Shown here one piece after another: positions 20,235-29,081 of a DNA stretch of 64,000 nt. Both the position numbers and the translations under genes were made by a program. The notes under the pieces are model-generated. The model saw nothing but the letters and a program-made list of their open reading frames with translations. It had not been told where the DNA came from and did not search any database. The number at the start of each line of letters is the position of its first letter. The first letter of the stretch is position 1. The DNA is from a virus (taxonomy: Duplodnaviria > Heunggongvirae > Uroviricota > Caudoviricetes): the IMG/VR virus record IMGVR_UViG_3300037129_000090; one strand, given 5' to 3'.

Positions 20235-20789
20235 ATGGTAGACATTATAACAATAATTGCAATATTAGTAATAATTGTAGCTTTGTTTATAATCAGCTGC
20301 TTTGTGTCTATTGGACCTAAAGAGCGTGGATTATTGACAAAGAAATTTGGTGCTCCGTTGCCACAGGGTGACATAATCGCCTTTAATGGTGAAGCGGGTT
20401 ACCAAGCTAACTTAGTACAACCAGGATGGAGATTTATACTTAAACCGATTTACTCGGTCATGAAAATTCCGCTTGTACAGACAACTGCAAATGGTGGAGG
20501 AATAATAATTTCACAGATTGGTAAAGATATTCCAACTGGATTTATCAATGCAACAGGCGAAGGATTAACACTTGATGATTTCAGAGACCCTAAACAGTTC
20601 CTTGCTAAGAACGGTGAGAAGGGTATACAGAGAATCATGCTTCCGGTATCTACAAGTATGGAAATACATCCCATTGCCTTCCTTGTGAAGACTACACAGG
20701 GTATCTATGGAAAACCACTTACTCAGAATAGTGAAGAGGAATTACAGAGACTTTCACCTGAACTTGTAGTGATCAATGGAGGTAAGTAA
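20235..20789 (+). CDS. membrane-anchored SPFH (band-7) domain protein, N-terminal type
   Basis: N-terminal TM helix, then SPFH-like PGWRFILKPIYSVMKIPL; SD GAGGTAA. Confidence 0.6.
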   Translation: MVDIITIIAILVIIVALFIISCFVSIGPKERGLLTKKFGAPLPQGDIIAFNGEAGYQANLVQPGWRFILKPIYSVMKIPLVQTTANGGGIIISQIGKDIPTGFINATGEGLTLDDFRDPKQFLAKNGEKGIQRIMLPVSTSMEIHPIAFLVKTTQGIYGKPLTQNSEEELQRLSPELVVINGGK

Positions 20790-20790
20790 C

Positions 20791-22374
20791 ATGGGTCTGA
20801 TAGATACTATTGACAATGTGATAGATAACGCATCGAATAAAGTCAATGCTTCTCGTTCAAATCCCAATCTAACTCCTAATAATGTTAAAGTAGTGAGCTC
20901 TTCACCGAAGAGTTTCTATGGCAATGCTACAAATGGGAATTCGACTGAGGACTATATTGGTATTGTGATTGCCAGAGAAGGAGCACCACTTACAGAAGGA
21001 GACATTGCAAGCAGAATTGGTGGTTTCAAAGACATACAGTCACTTGAAGCAAGTGGCGCAACCGATGAAGACCTGATCGCAGAAATCCTGAAAACCAAAA
21101 ACAATCTTCACAATAACTATCAGGATGCACAAGCTTTCTTAAAAGCTGGTGGACAGGTTGGTATGCAGCATGACCCACTTCTTTATGGTGCATATAGGAT
21201 AAATCCAGCATCATTCACAGTTATGCTTGTACCTATGCTCGTTGTTGAGCAAGGTGAAGTAGCAGTCATCAAGGCGTATGTTGGAAACAAAGGTAGAGAT
21301 ACATCCGGTGAAGTATTCAGATTCGGTGAACTGGTAAGACCTGGTGACCGTGGTGTTTGGAGAACTCCATTAAGAACTGGTAAATACGCTATCAACCCCA
21401 AGTGTTATGAAGCGGTTATGGTAAAGACCAGCATCATCAACTTGAACTGGGCTGATGCAATTTCATCTGCCCACCAGTTGGACGCAAGGCTGTCATCTAT
21501 TCATGCAAAAAGCAAGGAAGGTTTCGAGCTTATCATCGACCTGCAAGTGCAGATTCACATTCCAGATACAGAGGCTTCGAAAGTTATCTCGTCTGTCGGT
21601 ACTATGCAGAACCTGATCGACGATATCCTTCAGGCAGCCGTAGGTAATCACTTCCGTGACAGGCTTCAGTCAATGTCTGCTGTGGCGTTTATCAACGACA
21701 GACAAAAGATACAGGAAGAAGCTTTCTCTCACATCAAAGAGAAGCTTACTATGTATGGTGTAGAAACTGTTGGTGTCTATATCCAGAACGTTATCTATCC
21801 TGACCAGCTGATTAAAGTCTTGCAGGACAGAGAACTTGCTAACCAGCAGAAGGATACCTACAAGTCTCAGGAAGCCGCTCAACTCCAGCGTATCGACATG
21901 GAAGCCAAGAAAGGTACTGCCGATAAACAGGCTGAACTTGCCGCATCTCAGGTGGGTATTGATATTGCTGATAACAACTCTAAAGCCAACATCAAGAAAG
22001 CAGAGGGTGACTCAAAGTACACTCAGCAGGTCGGTTTCGCTGAAGCAGATGTTATTAAACAGAAACAGCTGGCAGAAGCCGCAGGTTACGTTGCGAAAGT
22101 CAATGCTCTCGGTGCTGAAAACACTGCGCTCGTAACTGTACTTAAAGACATCGCTGCATCCCAGACCGGCATTAAGATAATGCCAGAAACCATGATTATG
22201 GGTGGTGGCGGAGGCGCTATGGAAGGATTCTTTGCTAAGGCAATGGGTTTCCTTAATGCTTATCAGGGTGTTGTTGCACCGAAGAAACAGCTCGATGCTG
22301 CTTCCGACGAAGACAATACTTCTGGGTCTAACAATAACCAAGACGATGTAGGTGATCTTAAATATATGGCATAA
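20791..22374 (+). CDS. flotillin-like SPFH protein
   Basis: SPFH core (ELIIDLQVQIHIPD...NHFRD) followed by flotillin-type A/E/Q-rich coiled coil (QAELAASQVG...AEADVIKQKQLAEAAG). Real start is MGLIDT after GGAGGT. Confidence 0.75.
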   Translation: MGLIDTIDNVIDNASNKVNASRSNPNLTPNNVKVVSSSPKSFYGNATNGNSTEDYIGIVIAREGAPLTEGDIASRIGGFKDIQSLEASGATDEDLIAEILKTKNNLHNNYQDAQAFLKAGGQVGMQHDPLLYGAYRINPASFTVMLVPMLVVEQGEVAVIKAYVGNKGRDTSGEVFRFGELVRPGDRGVWRTPLRTGKYAINPKCYEAVMVKTSIINLNWADAISSAHQLDARLSSIHAKSKEGFELIIDLQVQIHIPDTEASKVISSVGTMQNLIDDILQAAVGNHFRDRLQSMSAVAFINDRQKIQEEAFSHIKEKLTMYGVETVGVYIQNVIYPDQLIKVLQDRELANQQKDTYKSQEAAQLQRIDMEAKKGTADKQAELAASQVGIDIADNNSKANIKKAEGDSKYTQQVGFAEADVIKQKQLAEAAGYVAKVNALGAENTALVTVLKDIAASQTGIKIMPETMIMGGGGGAMEGFFAKAMGFLNAYQGVVAPKKQLDAASDEDNTSGSNNNQDDVGDLKYMA

Positions 22375-22380
22375 GTTCTT

Positions 22381-22420
22381 AGTGAGGTGTTTTCACACCT
22401 CTTATTGACTTTTTTGATTT
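22381..22420 (+). terminator. intrinsic terminator-like hairpin GAGGTG-ttttca-CACCTC plus T-rich tail
   Basis: Immediately after the stop at 22374. Confidence 0.5.
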
Positions 22421-22484
22421 TGTAAAACGTTAACTATTTAAGCAAGGTTTACCTTTTTATTCTTGAAAAGATTAAGAAGGTATT

Positions 22485-23516
22485 ATGATGTCAGAGGAAA
22501 GACACACAAAAACATCACACTCAAAGTGTGAAGTGTTCAACGAATGCTTGTTGCAGGGCTATTTCAAGTACATTATTTACGCCCCACCTGAACCCAAGTT
22601 CAAAGACAACTCTTTTATAGGCTCTTACACTCACGATTGTGTGGAGAATTGGCTTTACTACTACCACGATATAAAGGTAGGTAATCTTCAGTTTCCTGCA
22701 ACTCATTTTGCAGAGACGATGGATGGTTTCTACAGAGCTAATGAGGATACTATACCAAAAGCACCACCATCTGATCCAATGGGCAATGATGAAATAATAT
22801 GTAATTGTTTAGATAATTTTGTAGATTTCATGGTGCGTAGACTCGAACGTGTTAAGAAACTTAACATGGCTGATATGTTCGCTCCCATATTGGTCGAAAA
22901 AGAATTCAAATCCAATATTAATGGTGTACCGTTACAGGGTTATCTCGATGCTGGTTTTCAAGATACACAATACTGGTTCTTTGACTGGAAGACAAACAAG
23001 AAGCCTGAAATAATAAAGAAGTACATAACTCAGGCGACTCGTTATGTGCTTTTACTTGAGGCTTCTGGCGAATACGACAAACCAATTAACGACTTTTACA
23101 TGATAAACCTGCGTAACCGCGTTGATTTGGCTAAAGCTCATGTGATCATTACTGAAGAAATGAAGCGAGCAGAAGAAGCCGAGCTTTTACGGTTATGGGA
23201 TTTGATGAATGGTACGGAGTTTCCAAAACCTGGACACAACAAGAACTGCTTTTTCTGTGAATATAAATTGAGGTGTCTGTCTTATCCTACACATGGTGCA
23301 ACACACGATTGGTCTATACCTGTAGAGTATAAATCATATAGTAACAACAGTAGTAACGCACTACCGACACAAGTACCACCATTAACACCAGAAGAGGTTT
23401 TAGCGGCAGCTGCCGCAGACCCAGCGATGGAAGATATACTTGCTGACCTTGGTATAATTACTGAGAAACCAAAAGCACCAGAAGAAGACAAGACTGACCT
23501 AGATTGGTGGATGTAA
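22485..23516 (+). CDS. Cas4/RecB-like PD-(D/E)XK nuclease with Fe-S cysteines
   Basis: N-terminal Cys (HSKCEVFNEC), C-terminal CFFCEYKLRC, motif II FFDWKT (D-x-K), motif QATRY (QxxxY). Confidence 0.75.
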   Translation: MMSEERHTKTSHSKCEVFNECLLQGYFKYIIYAPPEPKFKDNSFIGSYTHDCVENWLYYYHDIKVGNLQFPATHFAETMDGFYRANEDTIPKAPPSDPMGNDEIICNCLDNFVDFMVRRLERVKKLNMADMFAPILVEKEFKSNINGVPLQGYLDAGFQDTQYWFFDWKTNKKPEIIKKYITQATRYVLLLEASGEYDKPINDFYMINLRNRVDLAKAHVIITEEMKRAEEAELLRLWDLMNGTEFPKPGHNKNCFFCEYKLRCLSYPTHGATHDWSIPVEYKSYSNNSSNALPTQVPPLTPEEVLAAAAADPAMEDILADLGIITEKPKAPEEDKTDLDWWM

Positions 23517-23570
23517 ATGTTTTAATTACCGCTGAGCCAAAAGCTCGGTGGTTTTCTGCTGGAGTCTGTT

Positions 23571-25871
23571 ATGAAAATTAGTGTTACGATAGGCGATGCA
23601 CGTAAAGTGCTCAAAGATTTACCTGATAACTCGATTCAGTGTTGTGTGACATCACCACCATATTATAACCTTCGTTCCTATTGCGATGAAGATTCACCAG
23701 AGAAAGAGGATGAAATAGGCACTGAGCAGACTCCTCAAGAATACATTGACAATATGGTTGATGTTTGTCGCGAAATAAAAAGAGTGTTGCGCGACGATGG
23801 AATACTATGGATTAACATAGGTGATGCGTTTTATAATTATCGTCCTGGTAAGGGACAAGCTCTTAGTAAACAAACATTTGCAAAAACAGATCAGGATTTA
23901 CCGCAATTATGTCCAAGACGTGGAAATAAACTTGATGGTCTTAAAGAGAAGGATTTGATTGGAGTGCCGTGGGCTTTAGCCTTTGCACTAAGAGATGATG
24001 GTTGGTTTTTGAGAAGAGACATAATCTGGAACAAGCTAAATAATATGCCAGAGTCAGTTTCTGATAGGGCAACTACTGCACATGAATATATCTTTATGTT
24101 TACTAAAAATAGCAAATATTTTTATGACAGTGAAGCAGTAAAAGAACCTGCTGACTACGATGGGCGTAAGGATACTGTAATGAAAGGTAGCGAAAAATAT
24201 AAAGAAGCCGCAGTACCTGGAAAGAAAGAACAAAGTATGGCTGTTGATGGCACTGAGAGATGGCAACGCAATGAAGATGGTGAGTATCTCAGAAATCTTC
24301 GTTCGGTGTGGAGTGTTCCAACCGAGTCTTATACGGACGCCCACTTTGCTTGTGTAGATGCTGAAACTGAATGTTTGACTGCTGGTGGATGGCGTAGATA
24401 TCATGAATTACGCATTGGTGAGATGATTTATTCTTATAACATGGAAAATGATTGTCTTGAGTTACAGCAACTAGAAGATGTCATGGTTTATTATCATACT
24501 GGTAATATGATTTCAGTAAGTGGTAGGTCTAGCTCGATGTTATTAACTGAAAATCATAGATGTGTAGTAAGACGTAGAAATACAAGGAAAGGTGGTTTTC
24601 GAGATACTATTATAGTTGCAGCTAGTGAACTTAATGGTAGTATGGTATTTCCAGTCGCTGCTGAGCTACACGGTGAACATATAGTACCAGATGAAATTCC
24701 AAATTACTATTATTTATTGGGAATTGTGGCATCTGAAGGTTTTTATAGCGATGCAGGTGAGATTGGGATAGCTCAATCACTCAGGGCTAATCCTAAAATT
24801 GTTAGTAAAATAGACGATGTATTGATTTCACTTAATGCTGAATATAGTAGATGGGTGTCCCATAGTGATAAAAATGGTGATGTTGTAACTTGGCGATTAC
24901 ATGATAAGTATAGAAGTAAAATAAGATTTGATTTACCTGATAAGTTTAGATTACCTGAGAAGCTTTTACATCTTCCAAAGGCTTATATAGACGCGTTTCT
25001 TGAAGGTTTCGTCGATGGTGATGGTAGTGTGAGAGAAGATGGAAGAATTTCAATTTATCAAAAAGTTAAACAGCCACTTGATATTATTCAGGCTATGTAT
25101 GTGCTTAGTGGTAAATCATGTATACTAACACAGAGAGGTAACCAGAATTGGAGTGCCTATGTTACAGATAAAAGATTTAGATATTTTAAAAATGCAACAT
25201 CTGAAATTATCACAGTAGTTCCTCATCAGGGAAATGTCTGGTGTCCTAAAACAAAGAATGGTACTTGGGTAGCTCGTAGACAAGGCAGACCTTTTATTAC
25301 TGGTAATTCATTTTCAACCAAGCTTATCGACCCATGTCTTAAAGCAGGCACTTCAGAGAGAGGTTGTTGTCCTGAATGTGGAGCTCCATGGGAAAGAGTC
25401 GTAGAGAAGCGTAGGATGCAACGCTGTGAGCTCCCACAAGACGATATTAGGTATCGTCCCAATACTTATCATGGCGCTTACGAAGACATCAATGGCAGAG
25501 GCGACGCTGGCTACACAGTATCAAAGACACTCGGATGGCAACCTACATGTGACTGCTATAACGTTACTAGAGTGCAAAAGCCTAAGAAAGATGATTCTGA
25601 CGAGATTAAAATAGAAAGAGAGCGACAATTAAATAACTTCAAAGAATTATCTTCAATTCCATGTACCGCTTTAGACCCATTTGCTGGTACTGGCACTGTA
25701 GGTCGCTGGTGTGTTGAAAACGATAGAAGCGTTGTGTTAATAGAACTTAATCCTAAATATAAACCCTTGATCGAACGTAGGCTCTCCTGCAACAAGGAAG
25801 TTATGTTGATTAAATCAGATAATGGAAATAATATGAATTTTGAAACCTCTACACTAGACGATTGGTTGTAA
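23571..25871 (+). CDS. beta-class DNA methyltransferase (SPPY motif IV N-terminal, motif I DPFAGTGT C-terminal; N6-A or N4-C) interrupted by a LAGLIDADG intein
   Basis: CVTSPPYYNL and ALDPFAGTGTVG extein motifs; SD GGAG. Confidence 0.85.
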   Translation: MKISVTIGDARKVLKDLPDNSIQCCVTSPPYYNLRSYCDEDSPEKEDEIGTEQTPQEYIDNMVDVCREIKRVLRDDGILWINIGDAFYNYRPGKGQALSKQTFAKTDQDLPQLCPRRGNKLDGLKEKDLIGVPWALAFALRDDGWFLRRDIIWNKLNNMPESVSDRATTAHEYIFMFTKNSKYFYDSEAVKEPADYDGRKDTVMKGSEKYKEAAVPGKKEQSMAVDGTERWQRNEDGEYLRNLRSVWSVPTESYTDAHFACVDAETECLTAGGWRRYHELRIGEMIYSYNMENDCLELQQLEDVMVYYHTGNMISVSGRSSSMLLTENHRCVVRRRNTRKGGFRDTIIVAASELNGSMVFPVAAELHGEHIVPDEIPNYYYLLGIVASEGFYSDAGEIGIAQSLRANPKIVSKIDDVLISLNAEYSRWVSHSDKNGDVVTWRLHDKYRSKIRFDLPDKFRLPEKLLHLPKAYIDAFLEGFVDGDGSVREDGRISIYQKVKQPLDIIQAMYVLSGKSCILTQRGNQNWSAYVTDKRFRYFKNATSEIITVVPHQGNVWCPKTKNGTWVARRQGRPFITGNSFSTKLIDPCLKAGTSERGCCPECGAPWERVVEKRRMQRCELPQDDIRYRPNTYHGAYEDINGRGDAGYTVSKTLGWQPTCDCYNVTRVQKPKKDDSDEIKIERERQLNNFKELSSIPCTALDPFAGTGTVGRWCVENDRSVVLIELNPKYKPLIERRLSCNKEVMLIKSDNGNNMNFETSTLDDWL
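24351..25307 (+). mobile_element. intein with LAGLIDADG homing endonuclease domain inside the methyltransferase gene
   Basis: Begins AHFA|CVDAETECLTAGG; block B LTENHRCVV; LAGLIDADG-like YYYLLGIVASEGF and LEGFVDGDGSV; ends ...FITGN|SFS. Confidence 0.75.
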
Positions 25872-26101
25872 TGGCTGCGACTCGGTTGAAAATCAGAGAT
25901 ATTAATGTGCAGTTTATTAAAAAGAAAGTATATGAATGGTTAGATGACCATTTACTAGCACTGTTAGCTGCTGGTTTTTCATTGTTGGTAACTACATTAA
26001 TGCTACTTGTAGATCATTTCTTTCCTGGTTATGGTGCATTGGTAGCTTTAGTCGCTCTTGCGGTTGGTGCAGGAGTTATATCAAGATTCTTAGGTTGCTG
26101 A
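25871..26101 (+). CDS. small membrane protein
   Basis: ATG overlaps the upstream stop (TAATG); two TM helices. Confidence 0.5.
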   Translation: MAATRLKIRDINVQFIKKKVYEWLDDHLLALLAAGFSLLVTTLMLLVDHFFPGYGALVALVALAVGAGVISRFLGC

Positions 26102-26128
26102 ATTATATTACATATTGGGTGATTGGTT

Positions 26129-26530
26129 ATGACTGAGGAATATGATTTATCTGAGGAAATGTCCGTAAAGTATGTTGAAAGGGACGATGGTATTGAAGAT
26201 GTAGTCGAGGGTGAGCTATGCTATATTGATTTGTTTATGGAGTATCCTTGTCATTATTTGTCAAAGTTCGCTGAAAAAATAAGGATGCAGCCGTTATCAC
26301 GTGACGACATTATTAGAATGATTGAGCTCTTAAATATGGATTCATATGTCATTCATCGTGCACTTGCTGTGGGTGTACATCCAATTACAGGCTTTGTATG
26401 GCGTGATTATAAAGATGAACGAATAGTTGAGAGAGCAGAGCGTTTAATTGCAAGAAACAATAGAAAGATAACTGTTTTGAAAAATTTACTTAGAAAACAC
26501 GAGACTGCTGAAATAAAAGCAGAATCTTAA
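26129..26530 (+). CDS. hypothetical protein
   Basis: SD GGGTGAT. Confidence 0.5.
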   Translation: MTEEYDLSEEMSVKYVERDDGIEDVVEGELCYIDLFMEYPCHYLSKFAEKIRMQPLSRDDIIRMIELLNMDSYVIHRALAVGVHPITGFVWRDYKDERIVERAERLIARNNRKITVLKNLLRKHETAEIKAES

Positions 26531-26716
26531 TCAACCTGTTGGTTATAACGAAAATCAAAGAGAAATCGCCTTACGCGGGAAACCGACAATCGAAATCAGG
26601 AGCGGTAGCGAATGATTTAAGAACTATGACAGCGTGTTATTGTATTACCTGATTTCCTCCATTCTCACATGTGTGAGCGGTATTTCGATTTCAAACTTTG
26701 TTTCTGGTGATAATCA

Positions 26717-27136
26717 ATGTGCGTTGACAATATATTTGCAGGCAGAGAGCGTGCTTCAGAGATTTTAAACACAATAGAACCTGAAGATGGCGAATTTTTA
26801 TATGGTGAGAGAAATGGCGGGATAGGTTATTGTCCTTTTAAGTATGTAAAAGATGGTCAAGAATTCGTGGCGACAGTTCGGACGACAAATCGAAATTTTG
26901 TGAAAATCGATCCTCGAATGTTAGCAACAAATATTGCGGCAGCGGAAGACAGAGAAATCGAACATGTATTGATTGTTGTTTTTAATTGGCTTTCCTCAAA
27001 AACGATGTTTATAGTACGTAATTGTGAAAGTTATATTCATCACGAAACAAACGGCTGGCGTTATAAGGTCTTTAGAAAAGATCACTTATCTACAATCGCA
27101 CGGGGTGGCTCAAATGGCGATGTTCAACTTTTATGA
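26717..27136 (+). CDS. hypothetical protein
   Basis: SD GGTGAT. Confidence 0.5.
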   Translation: MCVDNIFAGRERASEILNTIEPEDGEFLYGERNGGIGYCPFKYVKDGQEFVATVRTTNRNFVKIDPRMLATNIAAAEDREIEHVLIVVFNWLSSKTMFIVRNCESYIHHETNGWRYKVFRKDHLSTIARGGSNGDVQLL

Positions 27137-28202
27137 AGTGCCTCGCGCCTTCGGTACTCCTTCTCAAACAGTTGTCAAGACAGAAGAGGACTTACACCGT
27201 CTTATCCATACTAATATTGGCAAAACACCTATTTTCATTTCACACAATTCTTTTCCTGCATTTGTTAAGAATAAAGTGGGTTTTGAAGAACCGTCACAAG
27301 TGAATGTGTCTAAAATCTTTCTTGATTTTGATTCCGACCGTAAACCTGAAAATGCGCAGCTTGATGCGATAAAGGTAATCGACTTTTGTGAAAGTGAAAA
27401 CTTACCTTTCATTGTTGCTTTCTCGGGTTCTAAAGGATTTCATATATACATCGCGTTAAAGCCCACCGTTTATAACTATGGGCAGTTCCTGAAAGATGCA
27501 ACTAAAGCGATTCACGTTTGGTTGCAGCAAAAACTTGGTCTCAGGACACTTGACTTAAAATGTGCAGAGCCGCGTAGATTGTGTCGAGTCTTTTACACCC
27601 CTCACGTCAAAACAGACAAGAAGACAGGTAAGGCATATGCGAATGGCATGTATTGCTGCCCTCTAGAACCTATGTGGGTTCGTGACTGGCGTATGGAGCA
27701 AATAATGCGATTTGCTATGTCTCCTGTAAAGATAAATTATAAACCAAAAGGATATTGCATTACATTAGATGATTTTCTCACTAAATTCGACATAAATATA
27801 GAAGAAATGTTAAAGGCATCGGTTAGTGAGTCGTGTTCTTCTAGAAATTCATTGGTTGAGTACATACCTGTAAACGATGAGTATATTAAATCTATTCTAC
27901 CACTTCCATGTATTCATTCTCAAATAGCTCATAATCCCAATCCTTGTCATTTTGCGAGATTCGCCGCAGCCTGTTGGTTGCATGACATTGGTTTGGATAG
28001 AAGTGTAGCATTTAAGTTTTTTAAAGCAAGGAACTACGTCGATCATAAAGATGATGTGTGTGCAACTCAAATAAATAACATCTATGATCACGGTTACAAG
28101 TTTCCTTCATGTAGTAAACTTTACGAGAATTCACTCTGTGTAGGTAAGGCGTGTCCAAAGTTCGAAGCTTTTGCGAGACGGTCTAAGATCGTAGCAGAGT
28201 AA
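27114..28202 (+). CDS. archaeo-eukaryotic primase (AEP) superfamily primase-polymerase
   Basis: FLDFDSD (DxD) and FSGSKGFHIYI motifs. Likely start MAMFNFYEV after GGGGTGG; the listed ORF from 27024 is over-extended. Confidence 0.8.
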   Translation: MAMFNFYEVPRAFGTPSQTVVKTEEDLHRLIHTNIGKTPIFISHNSFPAFVKNKVGFEEPSQVNVSKIFLDFDSDRKPENAQLDAIKVIDFCESENLPFIVAFSGSKGFHIYIALKPTVYNYGQFLKDATKAIHVWLQQKLGLRTLDLKCAEPRRLCRVFYTPHVKTDKKTGKAYANGMYCCPLEPMWVRDWRMEQIMRFAMSPVKINYKPKGYCITLDDFLTKFDINIEEMLKASVSESCSSRNSLVEYIPVNDEYIKSILPLPCIHSQIAHNPNPCHFARFAAACWLHDIGLDRSVAFKFFKARNYVDHKDDVCATQINNIYDHGYKFPSCSKLYENSLCVGKACPKFEAFARRSKIVAE

Positions 28203-28216
28203 ATACTGTGGTGTCT

Positions 28217-28567
28217 ATGGCTTTAACGAGAAAGGTGTTAGATAAGACTTTACGTGAGTGTATGGACTTGAGAATTTTGCTCGCTGGTAAGTATCCTTAT
28301 GGTACTTTTCGTGTAATGTACCATCCGAGTATACCGAAAGAAGAGAATGTGAAGATCGCGAAAAAGCGTCGTGGTGATGTCAATAGATTGTCTATAAACT
28401 ACGATTCGAATCATATAGAGCATAGAGATTTGTTAAATTATCTGAGTGAAAATGGTTACAGTCACTTTGAGCCGAGTGTTTCGAGTGACGAAATTGATAC
28501 TAATTACGATTCACGTGTGGTTGGTTACTTACATCCAGAAATAAATCATTTCTCGAAATTCGTATAA
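28217..28567 (+). CDS. hypothetical protein
   Basis: ORF only. Confidence 0.5.
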   Translation: MALTRKVLDKTLRECMDLRILLAGKYPYGTFRVMYHPSIPKEENVKIAKKRRGDVNRLSINYDSNHIEHRDLLNYLSENGYSHFEPSVSSDEIDTNYDSRVVGYLHPEINHFSKFV

Positions 28568-28778
28568 TTTTTTTTATTTCTATTTAATATTATTTTAATA
28601 TATTGCTTTTACTAAATAGCACAATATAAGCTACGTTTTCTCTTTTTTGGCAACAAGTGTATTAATCTCGCCCAGGATTTATAATTAGCTATATATACGT
28701 CCATGTAATATTTACAAACAGGACAAAATTATAGAGTTTTAGTTATAATATAGTAAAATGTGTTAGGCGTTGATCGGA

Positions 28779-29081
28779 ATGGACATATCTTATCAATTTG
28801 TAGCATTCGTTGTGTTATTGCTTCTGGGCGTAGTCATACTTGATAGTGCGGTTTCATCGCAAGGCGATAGCTTGAACAGTTTAAATAATTATACTCTTAA
28901 CTTTACCCAGAATCCCCAAGCTGGAAGTACGTTAGTTGTAGACCATCAGGTGTTTGAGTTCACAAATAACACATCATTAAATGATGGTAACATTCCTGTG
29001 TTTATCGACGCCGATGTGAATACTACGGCAGCCAATCTTAAGCAAGCGATTGGTAATCATACAAGTCTGGTGGTCTCGTAA
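28779..29081 (+). CDS. small secreted/membrane glycoprotein-like protein, translationally coupled to the giant surface protein
   Basis: Signal/TM segment VAFVVLLLLGVVIL; several N-x-S/T sequons; stop overlaps the next ATG (TAATG). Confidence 0.5.
   Translation: MDISYQFVAFVVLLLLGVVILDSAVSSQGDSLNSLNNYTLNFTQNPQAGSTLVVDHQVFEFTNNTSLNDGNIPVFIDADVNTTAANLKQAIGNHTSLVVS

Noticed and set aside
26717-28202. Possible programmed frameshift joining 26717..27136 to the AEP primase ORF (listed from 27024)
   Set aside because: The AEP has its own good start (MAMFNFYEV at 27114 with a GGGGTGG SD). The overlap is caused by the ORF finder extending to an upstream in-frame ATG.
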